Positions 25,007 to 37,606 are shown, numbered from the stretch's first letter. The stretch: 64,000 nt of DNA from Octopus sinensis (GCF_006345805.1 NC_043003.1:66898001-66962000); one strand, 5' to 3'. Notes: generated by a model not told the origin, from the letters alone. Translations and numbers: made by a program.

Positions 25007-25424
25007 CATACGACAGGCTTCTTTCAGTTTCCGTCTACCAAATCCACTCACAAGGCATTGGTCGGCCCGAGGCTATAGTAGAAGACATTTGCCCAAGATG
25101 CCACGCAGTGGGACTGAACCCGGAACCATGTAGTTCATAAGCAAGCTACTTACCACACCTTGTGAAAGGTAGGAGAGTCCAGTTTGCTGGACATTGTTGT
25201 AGAGCTGAAAAAGAAGTAATTTCTACTCTTCTCCTCTGGAAGCCATCTACTCGCAATACCAGAGGGCGCACACTCTCCTACCCTGATGTAATCTCCAGGG
25301 ATACAGGCATCCAGCAACAGGACCTCCGTAATGCTATGATGCCCGTGAAGTCTGGCGTAACATAGTAAATTCCATTGTCTCGACCACGGTCGAACAATGA
25401 TATGACCACACAGCCACTCCTGCG

Positions 25425-25427
<3 letters not shown>
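24764..25427 (-). mobile_element. SINE family 2 interrupted by an RTE fragment
   Basis: The SINE reads continuously when 25159-25404 and one accacac copy are removed. Confidence 0.85.
25159..25404 (+). mobile_element. 5'-truncated RTE/RTE-X LINE 3' end
   Basis: RRVQFAGHCCRAEKEVISTLLLWKP...RGRTLSYPDVISRDTG is a typical RTE-superfamily ORF2 C-terminus. A 7-bp TSD accacac lies at 25152-25158 and 25405-25411. Confidence 0.8.
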
Positions 25428-25518
<91 letters not shown>

Positions 25519-25576
25519 CGGAGATGTACTTGCATAGCAAGTGATTTGATCTGAAATCGTGTGCTGAAACGAAAAC

Positions 25577-25766
25577 AATTGCAGCGTGGAAGGTGTTTGT
25601 AAGCCATTTAAGAAACCACAAAAGCCGTTACGGATTTTTGTCAGTGAACAGGTCGCGGTCTTAAAGCGACGAAAATATTTTGACAAATTAATCTTAAATA
25701 TTGAAGTGAATCGAACGGCTTTGTGTGTTTCTTAAATGGCTTACGAACACCTTCCACGCTGCAATT
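25577..25766. mobile_element. MITE-like element with ~53-bp inverted repeats
   Basis: aattgcagcgtggaaggtgtttgtaagccatttaagaaaccacaaaagccgtt is the reverse complement of 25714-25766 with about 2 differences. Confidence 0.65.
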
Positions 25767-25779
25767 TTTAATATATACG

Positions 25780-25851
<72 letters not shown>

Positions 25852-25852
25852 T

Positions 25853-26098
25853 ATTGGGTTGGTGCATAATTATTGCGGCTTCTCTGCAACAAATTTTATT
25901 CAACAAAAACAATAACGTGTAACAAAGACGTCTTTAAATGATTATTCCGGTTCATATTCACCATCTACTTCAATTACTGCTTCCCATTTGCTTGGCAGAC
26001 GATTAGACCACCATTTAAAGATATTTTGTTAATAATGGTATTGTTTTTGTTGAATACAATTTATTGAAAAGAAGCCGCAATACTTATGCACCAACCAA

Positions 26099-26103
<5 letters not shown>
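25853..26103 (-). mobile_element. non-autonomous mariner deletion derivative
   Basis: ~70-bp TIRs start attgggttggtgcataattattgcggc. The interior minus strand encodes NRLPSKWEAVIEVDGEYEPE*, the mariner C-terminal LPxRWxxVIxxxGxY motif. Confidence 0.85.
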
Positions 26104-26133
<30 letters not shown>

Positions 26134-26159
26134 ACACACACACAAAAACACACACACAA

Positions 26160-26196
<37 letters not shown>

Positions 26197-26206
26197 CGTC
26201 TCTCTC

Positions 26207-26270
<64 letters not shown>

Positions 26271-26271
<1 letters not shown>

Positions 26272-28720
26272 AGGTATGTAGAAAAATACAACATGGACAA
26301 GAACGTATAACTCTAGAAGACGACACAATAAACACGGACAGGACACTCGAAACCTCAGTCTTCAGTCAAGAACCGGATCATCGTAGTAATTTCGGCTGAT
26401 TAATCTTGAGATTACTAGATCACGGCCAGCCCTCCAAGAAAAACTAAGCAACGAGCATTAGAAAAACTAAGCTGGAAGCGTAGATTTCCTGGAAGAAGGA
26501 TCGAAGCATACGAACACCAGGACAGCAAAGGGACAGATATAAAAAAAAAAAAAACAAAACAATAATGAATACAGAAACATGAAATACAGAAGCATTAACG
26601 GTGAAAACAACAAGTGGTCTTACGACTGATAACAAGCAAACAATTTTTTTCTCTGGCGCATTGGAAGAAGCCTTTATAGCGGCGGACGAAAAACAACGAT
26701 GTTAACACGACGAGGGTCAGGAGCTGAAAGGCAGATTTCGGCCCACAGTCACGTGACAGAGAAGAGGAAAAGAAAAGAAAGAGAAGCAAAGGAGAGAGAG
26801 AGAGAGGAGGGACAAACGCAACAAAGAGAGAGAAGAGAGAGAAAGAAGGAATCAGAGAGGAGAAGGGATGGGTGTCGAAGAATGACCTGTGAGTGCAGAG
26901 CGAGACAAGAAATATGAGGGTAGTGGAAGACTAGACCAAAGAATCAGAGGAAAGAGAAGAGAAAGAGAGGATGAGTAGAGAGAAAAGAGAGAGAGGGGAC
27001 AGATCAAGTAAAATGAGAGAGAGAGAGAGACAAACAGAGAGTCGTACCAATTATAAGAATATGTGCTCACATTAATGATAAGGGGGGTACGGGGCGCCTG
27101 GATATATGTTAAGGTATGTAGAAAAATACAACATGGACAAGAACGTATAACTCTAGAAGACGACACAATAAACACGGACAGGACACTCGAAACCCCTCAG
27201 TCTTCAGTCAAGAACCGGATCATCGTAGTAATTTCGGCTGATTAATCTTGAGATTACTAGATCACGGCCAGCCCTCCAAGAAAAACTAAGCAACGAGCAT
27301 TAGAAAAACTAAGCTGGAAGCGTAGATTTCCTGGAAGAAGGATCGAATGCATACGAACACCAGGACAGCAAAAGGACAGATATAAAAAAAAAAAAACCAA
27401 AAACAATAATGGAATACAGAAACATGAAATACAGAAGCATTAACGGTGAAAACAACAAGTGTCTTACGACTGATAACAAGCAAACATTTTTTTCTCTGGC
27501 GCATTGAAAGAAGCCTTTATAGCGGCGGACGAAAAAACAACGATGTTAACACGACGAGGGTCAGGAGCTGAAAGGCAGATTTCGGCCAACAGTCACGTGA
27601 CAGAGAAGAGGGAAAAGAAAAGAAAGAGAAGCAAAGGAAGAGAGAGAGAGAGGAGGGACAAACGCAACAAAGAAGAGAGAGAGAGAGAAAGAAGAATCAG
27701 AGAGGAGAAGGGATGGGTGTCGAAGAATGACCTGTGAGTGCAGAGCGAGACAAAGAAATATGAGGGTAGTGGAAGACTAGACCAAAGAATCAGAGGAAAG
27801 AGAAGAGAAAGAGAGGATGAGTAGAGAGAAAAGAGAGAGAGGGGGACAGATCAAGTAAAATGAGAGAGAGAGAGAGACAAACAGAGAGTCGTACAATTTA
27901 AGAATATGTGCTCACATTAATGATAAGGGGGGTACGGGGCGCCTGGAATATATGTTAAGGTATGTAGAAAAATACAACATGGACAAGAACGTATAACTCT
28001 AGAAGACGACACAATAAACACGGACAGACACTCGAAACCCTCAGTCTTCAGTCAAGAACCGGATCATCGTAGTAATTTCGGCTGATTAATCTTGAGATTA
28101 CTAGATCACGGCCAGCCCTCCAAGAAAACTAAGCAAACGAGCATTAGAAAAACTAAGCTGGAAGCGTAAGATTTCCTGGAAGAAGGATCGAATGCATACG
28201 AACACCAGGACAGCAAAAGGGACAGATATAAAAAAAAAAAACCAAAAACAATAATGGAATACAGAAACATGAAATACAGAACATTAACGGTGAAAACAAA
28301 AGTGTCTTACGACTGATAACAAGCAAACAATTTTTTTCTCTGGCGCATTGGAAGAAGCCTTTATAGCGGCGGACGAAAAACAACGATGTTAACACACGAG
28401 GGTCAGGAGATGAAAGGCAGATTTCGGCCAACAGTCACGTGACAGAGAAGAGGAAAAGAAAAAAGAGAAGCAAAGGAAGAGAGAGAGAGAGGAGGGACAA
28501 ACGCAACAAAGAGAGAGAAGAGAGAGAAGAAGGAATCAGAGAGAGAAGGGATGGGTGTCGAAGAATGACCTGTGAGTGCAGAGCGAGACAAAGAAATAGG
28601 AGGGTAGTGGAAGACTAGACCAAAGAATCAGAGGAAAGAGAAGAGAAAGAGAGGATGAGTAGAGAGAAAAGAGAGAGAGGGAGACAGATCAAGTAAAAAT
28701 GAGAGAGAGAGAGAGACAAA
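26271..28720. repeat. three head-to-tail copies of an ~840-bp non-coding unit
   Basis: aaggtatgtagaaaaatacaacatggac starts at 26271, 27111 and 27957. The third copy is truncated at about 28720. Confidence 0.95.
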
Positions 28721-28899
28721 TATATATATAAAGAGGGAGAGAGAGAGAGAGATCATATTCCGACCAAATTCTACGATTTCTTAACGACTTTTGTTTTTCA
28801 TGAACAGCTTCATATATCGATGAACAGTGAACTGTGTTGGAGAGGATGAAGTTTAAAATTGTAGTTGAAAAAAAGGTAACTAACAAGGAGGATAGGAAG

Positions 28900-29250
28900 C
28901 AATCTGAATATTGGACCAGATTTACCCGTATTTAAATGCCAACATCATGACTGCTGCTCAATGCTCCGTGAACACAGTAAAAGCTGACTGTAAAGACTGT
29001 AAATGTGACATGGGCAGTCACAACGGAGACTACGAAGCCGTGGTCAGCAGGAAGGAACCCAGTAGGTGTTCCGATTGCGTCCGCACGCCGACCTTCCCTT
29101 CGTAACTAAAGGGCAACGTGACGAAAGATCCTAGAAGGGTGTCCCAGGTTTTGGTGACAGAGATGGGTGTTGGAGTCGCTACTATGAAGCGGGCACTGAA
29201 TAGGAACGTGGGCTAAAACTCGTAGAAAAGGTGCAAGGATATATTCGACT
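28900..29250 (+). pseudogene. decayed N-terminal (HTH) fragment of a maT/DD37D-like transposase
   Basis: NGDYEAVVSRKEPSRCSDCVRTPTF...DPRRVSQVLVTEMGVGVATMKRAL resembles the RTPEF...HTH segment of the element at 60330. Confidence 0.6.
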
Positions 29251-29590
29251 TCACCATCACCAATTTCTAACCTCATGATTGCTCCGATTGTCATAACAAC
29301 AAACAAGATGAGGACAAATATCCGTCAAATGTAAATACTGTAAATAATGTACATAATGAAGATACAAATAGTTTCGTGTTTTTGTACAACGCATAAACAG
29401 AGACTGTAACATTGCGTTAAGGTACACGGCGTATTTTATAAATGTGCCTGTTCAAGTTTCATAAAAGCATGAAACTATTTCTAGTTCTTTCGGTTGTGTA
29501 TTTAAATTGATATTTATCTCTCACTGGATGAAGTACTTTTTTGCTGATTGTACACCTCTGTTAGATCTGAAAACTATGTGTGTGTGTGTG

Positions 29591-29668
<78 letters not shown>

Positions 29669-30165
29669 TATTCAGATGAGTACGGTACTTGAGTTGAGGC
29701 ACCAGAATTTAGTACAGTATTATCCATACAATTTCAAAATAAGGTGATTAAAATCAAAATAAGCAGCAAGGATATCCAGAGGTAACACAGTACAATCGTT
29801 TCATACAACTCAATTTTATTGAACAATGCAATCATTGCATCAATTTAAAATGTAAAGCAATCTTCAGTAGCACAAAGATATAGAATTTAATTAAATTAAA
29901 ACAGATTGGCACAAGGCGATTTGTACTGAAATTTGTCTGATCATACCACGGATAAATGCAAGACCCCGTACGTAATCTAGTAATGGCATATTAACAGGTC
30001 AAATACAAAATTATTTACCTCCGTTTGGCATTTTTTCTCCGACAGGTTAACGATCCCGCCAGCTCACCTCCTTACATATGTATGTATGTCTGTATGCGCG
30101 TAGGAACAACGTATGTATATGTATGTATATATGTATGTACGTATGTATGTATGTATGTATGTATG

Positions 30166-30246
<81 letters not shown>

Positions 30247-30849
30247 GTCTCTCTGTCTCTCTATCTCTCTCTCTCCCTGTATCTATCTATCTATTTATTA
30301 TCCAGTTATTTGTACGGTAAAAATTTATTATCGTTGAAGAAATATATTATTGACAGTGACTTCGAAGCTTTGGCTAGCTAAGCCATTGTATGGATATATA
30401 TATATGTATGCTTGTATGCACGTATATATATATATATATAGAATGGTTATATATATATATATTCTTTTACTCTTTTACTTGTTTCAATCATTTGTTTGCG
30501 GCCATGCTGCAGCACCACCTTTAGTCGAGCAAATCGACCCCAGGATTATTCTTTGGAAGCCTAGTACTTATTCCATCGGTCTTTTTGCCGAACCGCTAAG
30601 TTACGTTTGTGAAGCGATGTTGGGCGGACAACCACAGACACACAAACATATACACACATTCATATATATATATATATATATATTATACGATGGGCTTCTT
30701 TCAGTTTCCGTCTACCAAATCCATTCACAAAGCTTTGGTCGGCCCTAGGCTATAGTAGAAAACATTTGGCCATGGTGCCACGCAGTGGGAATGAACCCGG
30801 AACCATGTGGTTGGTAAGCCAGCTACTTACCACACAGCCACACGTGTGC

Positions 30850-30881
<32 letters not shown>

Positions 30882-31380
30882 GCACACAAAACAAAGAGAG
30901 TGAGAGAGAAAGCCTGCCAGAGAGAGAGAGAATGAGAAAGGATGAAGACAGAGGGAGAAAGGCAGACAGAAAGACAGACATGCAGACAGACAGAGATGGG
31001 GTGGGGCAATGATTAAGATGTCAAATTCTATTGTGTGACATTGAAAAAGAAAACGTGTGCCCGAAAGGACAAGCAAATAATTTATTGTGCTTTTCCACCT
31101 GGTTAAACTTTTGATATTACGTCATTCATTTGCTGTGTCATTCTGTCACACGTCAATTTCTCACTTTCTTCCTTTCCGTCTATGTTATCTTTTTTTTCTT
31201 TATCAGTTTTTGTGTCTGAGGAGAATGGGTTTCTGTTTAATTGTGCCTTGCTCGGTAACACGGAGAAACATACATGCATATAAATGCCTGCTGTATACAC
31301 ACACACACACTCTATATATATATATTTATATATATATATACATATGTATATATATATTATATATATATTATATATATATA

Positions 31381-31418
<38 letters not shown>

Positions 31419-31571
31419 ATATATATATATATGTATATACATACACACACACACACACACACACATGTATATATATATATATATATATATACATATACAT
31501 TGGTACCTTTTACCATTATTTTATAGTTATATGTACATACATACATATACGTATGTATATATTATATATAT

Positions 31572-31929
31572 TGAAAGTTTATGACAGACCATGCCTTTCT
31601 TTTGCTGGGCTCAAATTTCATTTGCGAACCCATGGAAAACAAACCTCCACGAACTATTCTGCCTATATGTCTGTGCACGCCTTTTGACTGCAGTGTAATG
31701 CCAGAAGGTTTGCAAATCTAAGGGAGGCCTCACAAGAAATTTGAAGATACACAAAAATCAGAACTTATCTGCAGTTCTTGGTCGTCCAAATCGGATATGC
31801 AGTCTATGTGGGTGTCCCTTCAGAATATTGTCTGGTTTGAAAAGCCACATCAGATGCCATGGTGGTTCTAAGGTGTAGGTACAAGAGGTAGTCAATCTCT
31901 GCATAAAGAGTAGACAACCACCACCACCA
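31572..31929 (+). mobile_element. 3' end of a LINE-like element with three C2H2-like fingers
   Basis: [17 protein letters not shown]; CSV/CQKVCKSKGGLTRNLKIH (frameshifted); CSLCGCPFRILSGLKSHIRCHGGSKV*. A short UTR ends in (CAC)n. A paralog lies at 12122-12275. Confidence 0.65.
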
Positions 31930-31950
31930 TGTTGTTAGTTGTATATAAAA

Positions 31951-31982
<32 letters not shown>

Positions 31983-32175
31983 ATGTGTGTGTGTGTGTGT
32001 CTACTTATACAACCGAATGTGAACATGATATTATTAGGCGCAGCCGTTTTGGCGCTGCTTATTTCGTGTCGCTGATTCAGAGCTAATTCATTTAACATCA
32101 GTCATTTTCATGATTCACCCATTTTAATGTTACTCGCGTTACCTGCATCTCTCTCTCTCTCTCTCTCTCTGTCTG

Positions 32176-32216
<41 letters not shown>

Positions 32217-35200
32217 GTATATATATATCAGAATATTTCTTTATGTGTCTGAGGAGAGGGGAAATGTTCATGTCAACCGTGTTCAGTTAATAAATTGTAA
32301 CATCTCTCTCTCTCTCTCTGCCCCTCTCTTACTCTATCTCTGTCTCTATGTGTTCGTTTCTGCGCGCACATGAGTATTTACCGCCAGTGCCAAAAAGCAC
32401 TGTCGTTGAAGTTGTTTAAATATCTAGTTAGTCGTGGCAAATATCCAGCTACTAAAGAGCCACGTCTAATGGTGTCATTTCAACCAGTGATTAATTAGTA
32501 TGAATGTAAATACATAAGTATTTTAGAGTGCTGCAGGTTTCGAATCCGTTAACTATAGAAATTCTCATTGTCGATTATTCTGCAAGTGAATTTCACTTTC
32601 ACCCGGTAAATAGTCTCTTTCAATTAGCATGACTTTTCTGTCCAGGCCCATGTTTATTTCAAGACTTCATGCTGATAGAGAAAGAACCGGTTTCTAACCT
32701 AAATCCAAGGCTCCATCATTGGAATTTCAACATCAACAACAGGATAGTTGTATTTGTATGTATGTCATTATTCAGTTTCTTTCAAAATTCTTGCCAATGT
32801 CGTGTATCGCACGTCCGACATACGATATAATGGAATAATAATAATTTCCCCGCAAATCGTACGTTCTACTCAAGATACAGGTAACAATCCTCGACAATAC
32901 ACAACTCTCGGCTTTACACAGCTCAAGATGTCCTTACACTCTCTGCGCATGTCCATTTGTATTGTAGCACAGTCCAAAAGGAGCCAACCGATATGGGTGT
33001 TCTACTTCTACAAACCAGTATATATGTATGAATGTATGCATGTATGTATGTATGTATGTATGTATGTATGTATGTATTTATGTATGTATGTATTTATGTA
33101 TGTATGTGCAGATTTATGTATGTATTCTCTTGCATATAGTTGCATATTTATACATGCTCATATATATTTAAATAATAAACTTCTGGAAAGTTTTACATAT
33201 TTTTACATTTCCCGTGATGGATTGGATCTGTAGTCTTGAAATTAGCTTTCTCCTTTCTGGTTTTGAGAAGCCTAATTTCTCAAGATTGGTATTTAGGCAG
33301 TGTGTCACATATCTCAGGGCTCTAATAATTACAGGTATAAACCTGAATTAATTTCCACAACTGTGCACAATTGTGCACAATTTCTCTTCTCTATTTGTAT
33401 ATGTATGCATGTATGTATGCATGCATGTATGTATGTATGTATATATGTATTTATATGGGTGTATATGTATGTATGCGTGTAAGTATGTATGTATGTATGT
33501 ATGTATGTATGTATGTATGTATGTATGTATGTATGTATGTGTGTATGCATGTATGAATGGATGTATGTATAATTTCTTACCGTACCCTACGTTTCAGTCA
33601 TTAAAGCGCGGACCTGCTGCGTCATAGCTATGCTAGATCCCATCCATCTTTTTGAACCAAATCTGGTATTGATCTATATATCTCAGTTGAATCAGTTGAC
33701 CATGTTACAAGTTACTTCAATTTAAAAGTAGATACGGAAACATACGCAGATACACACTTACGCACACAGAAAATATTTCATGTGTGTGACTGTGGTAGTG
33801 CTAAGGAATGAAATAGGAAATAATACGTAATGCAGAGTGTATATATTTCTCAATTTGAGGCCAAGTGTTTCTTTCATTTTATTATCAATATCTGGTGCGC
33901 ATTTTACACGTATCTCATATTCCTTAAAAAAAAAAACTTTGTTTTTCTTGCCAATGTCTGGTGAATTATATTTCATTCAGTTTCAGGTCTGGTTCCACCA
34001 TTAAGGTCACTTGTTCTTTATACGATACAGATTGTTCATATGAAGAGTTTCTCCACAGGAAGTGCACTACACACGCAATCTTTAGGATTATTTGCTGCGA
34101 ACACATTTCCATTCAACTGTGCGATAACACCTTGAATACATACATAGATGTATTTGACGGATATTTGTCCTCAGCTTGTTTACTGATATATCTTCCAATT
34201 ATTATTATTATCATTATTATTATTCCACTCAAGCTTCTAAAGTCGCGAGTTCGATTCCCGGCCGCGCATTGTATTCTTCAGAAAGTCACTTTATTTCACA
34301 TTTCTCCAGTTCAATCAGCTTACAAAAATGAGTAGTACCTGTAATTCAACGGGCCAACCTTGTCACATTCAGTGTCTTACTGAATCTTCCTGAGAACTAT
34401 GTTAAAGGTACGCGTGTCTGTGGAGTTCACAGTCATCCGCTCGTTAATTTCATGAGCAGGCTATTCCGCTGATCGGACCAAATGGGACTCTTATCATTAT
34501 ATCTGACTGAGTGCCACTTAACGTATTAAGTATCACACAATTCTTCACAGATTGCCGATAATATCAAAATCTTTCGGTTACGATCATTTCTCATTTATAT
34601 ATTTCATGAATATATTTTGCTTTTAGTGGATCTGCATTTTTGAACGAATCAACAACCGTATAGCAATGGAACATAACTTAATAGTGCAGAAAGGATAAAG
34701 TGCAAGGTGGATCTCAGCAGAATATGGAAGCAACAAAGTGCTATAACGCATTTAAAATGTTGGTAGTCAACGGTTTGTGCAAATTTCGTTGCATATCATT
34801 TTGCTAATAACATTAAACAACCTGTGAAAGGTTCTTCAACATTAAACACCACAATTACAACAAAACAGTGTTTTATTTTTATTTATAACGTCTTGGAATA
34901 TTTAAAATAATGGACGAAATATTAGACGCAGTGTCGTATTTTAGGCACTTTATTGCCTCGGAGAGTGAAAGCTGAAAGCCTCTAAAAATCATTTGAAGAG
35001 AACCCACAAGGAACCTTCGTAACGATACATGGCTTGTCATTATGATTCGGTTAATGTTAAGAATCGTTTTTTTTTTTTCATTGTTTAAATGAATCGTGAA
35101 CGTTAGAGTTTAATCAATGCCAGAGCAACCCGAGTTATTGTATATTTGATATTTTGTTTATAGCGTTCGCTCTTCTTTAGATATGTTTATAGTCAAACTG

Positions 35201-35433
35201 AATTTAGTTTTGTTACAGAAACGCCATTTCTGATGCAAGACCTGTAATGGGTGAAAGACTGGAAATAAAAGGTACAGTGCATATGTGTATAATATATATA
35301 ATATATATATATATTATATATATATACATATATATAATAATATATATAATACTATATATAATATAAATATAATATATGTACATACATTATATACATATAA
35401 ATATATATATACACACACACATACACACACAAC

Positions 35434-35470
<37 letters not shown>

Positions 35471-35960
35471 ATATGTATATATATATGCGCGGTGTGTATT
35501 GTGTATACGTCATATAAGTGTATATATACATAAGTACATGTACGTACACGGAAGCACACACACGCACACATGCACAGACATATATATGTGTGTGTTTATG
35601 TCAAGTTATATATAAAACAATTTACGATTGAGCGAAGAGATTGCACAATATTGTTTAGTAGAGTATATATTCATAAAACTTAAACAAGAAGCAAAGTGAT
35701 TGTGACTTCGAAGTTTCAATCTGCTAACTTTTATCCACTATTGTACTGCATATGTATGTAGGCATATATTACATTATATAATTAGGGCTTAGTAAAATAA
35801 ATTACTTTGCCACATACTGAACTTTCTAGAAATAGCAGCCAAAAAGTTTTCAGCCATTTCCACTACTTTAAGAAAACTTCTCTCAGATAATGTTTACTCA
35901 AAAATAACCCACGAAGGTATGGAGGTAAAAACAGTAAAATATCACAAGTACAAAGATCAT

Positions 35961-36023
35961 TTGAGAACGTCAACGTTTCTAGATTAGCCGAACTAAAACT
36001 CAGCATTTCTTTCGTCAGCTCAA
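35961..36023 (-). ncRNA. type I hammerhead ribozyme, copy 1
   Basis: TTGAG-CTGACGA-A-AGA..GCTGAG(TTTTAG)TTCGGC..TCT-A-GAAA-CG(TTGA)CG-TT-CTCAA: canonical core, perfect 5-bp helix I and helix III. An A.A mismatch closes helix II. Confidence 0.75.
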
Positions 36024-36526
36024 CATTTCTTAATTTTGGATTTGAAAGCACTAAAAAAATGAATATACCATCCGATCATGTATCACCTCAGACAGACATC
36101 TTCAAACTGGCAATACTAGCAAATTCAAAAGGTACAAGCGAAGATTCTTGTTCCTTCCCCTTCCACCCACGTGAGTTATCTAGTAAACATATTTTAACGG
36201 TAAGCACCGTAGCAAAGAAGAGAGAGAAGGGAATTATAATATTAACAATTGAGGGTAAAATTAATTAGTTATTAATCAATTTCACCAAGTAGTGTTCAGT
36301 ATGTAAAAGGACCATTTAAGGCGAATTCAAAATATTACATTATATAATTAGGGCTTAGTAAAATAAATTACTTTGCCACATACTGAACTTTCTAGAAATA
36401 GCAGCCAAAAGGTTTTTAGCCATTTCCACTACTTTAAGAAAACTTCTCTCAGATAATGTTTACTCAAAAATAACCCACGAAGGTATGGAGGTAAAAACAG
36501 TAAAATATCACAAGTACAAAGATCAT

Positions 36527-36589
36527 TTGAGAACGTCAACGTTTCTAGATTAGCCGAACTAAAACTCAGCATTTCTTTCGTCAGCTCAA
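36527..36589 (-). ncRNA. type I hammerhead ribozyme, copy 2
   Basis: Identical motif 566 bp downstream of copy 1. Confidence 0.75.
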
Positions 36590-37008
36590 CATTTCTTAAT
36601 TTTGGATTTGAAAGCACTAAAAAAATGAACATACCATCCGATAATGTATCACCTCAGACAGACATCTTCAAACTGGCAGTACTAAAACGTTGACGTTCTC
36701 AAATGATCTTTGTACTTGTGATATTTTACTGTTTTTACCTCCATACCTTCGTGGGTTATTTTTGAGTAAACATTATCTGAGAGAAGTTTTCTTAAAGTAG
36801 TGGAAATGGCTAAAAACCTTTTGGCTGCTATTTCTAGAAAGTTCAGTATGTGGCAAAGTAATTTATTTTACTAAGCCCTAATTATATAATGTAATATTTT
36901 GAATTCGCCTTAAATGGTCCTTTTACATACTGAACACTACTTGGTGAAATTGATTAATAACTAATTAATTTTACCCTCAATTGTTAATATTATGTAGGCA
37001 TATATATA

Positions 37009-37606
37009 GGCGGTGAGCTGGCAGAATCGTTAGCACGCCGGACGAAATGGCTTGCGGTGTTTCGTCTGCCGCTACCTTCTGAGTTCAAATTCCGCCGAGG
37101 TTGACTTTGCCTTTCATCCTTTCGGGGTCGATAAATTAAGTACCAGTTACACACTGGGGTCGATACAATCGACTTAATCCGTTTGCCTGTCCTTGTTTGT
37201 CCCCTCTGTGTTTAGCTTCTTGTGGGTAGTAAAGAAATAGATATTTCGTCTGCTGTACGTTCTGAGTTCAAATTCCGCCGAGGTCGACTTGGCCTTTCAT
37301 CCTTTCGGGGTCGGTTAAATAAGTACCAGTTTCGCACTGGGGTCAATATAATCGACTTAATCCATTTCTCTCTCCTTGTTTGTCCTTTCTGTGTTTAGCT
37401 CCTTGTGGGCAGTAAAGAAATAGGTATTTCGTCTGCTGTACGTTCTGAGTTCAAATTCCGCCGAGGTCTACTTGGCCTTTCATCCTTTAGGGGTCGGTTA
37501 AATAATACCAGTTTCGCACTGGGGTTGATCTAATCGACTTCATGCTTTTGTCTGTCCTTGTTTGTCCTCTCTATGTTTAGCCCCTTGTGGACAATAAAGA
37601 AATATA
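37009..37606 (+). mobile_element. SINE family 1 trimer (one head, three ~183-bp bodies)
   Basis: gagttcaaattccgccgagg occurs at 37081, 37264 and 37447. Confidence 0.9.

Larger units (their letters stand above)
35755..37005 (-). mobile_element. 566-bp tandem plus inverted non-coding insertion with a 15-bp flanking direct repeat (Penelope pLTR/retrozyme-like)
   Basis: The unit starts at about 35766 and 36332. 36685-36993 is the reverse complement of 36238-36545. tatgtaggcatatat lies at 35755-35769 and 36991-37005. Confidence 0.85.

Noticed and set aside
26335-26430. Complete hammerhead in the 840-bp unit
   Set aside because: CTGAAGA and GAAA-like pieces exist, but I could not close helices I-III in type I, II or III topology.
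26271-28720. CRISPR or satellite interpretation of the tandem arrays
   Set aside because: Units are hundreds of bp long with no unique spacers and no cas genes, and the context is eukaryotic.
33961-34335. 124-aa ORF after a good acceptor (tttcattcagtttcag)
   Set aside because: Runs into family B, (ATT)n and SINE-3 sequence; no donor and no recognisable domain.
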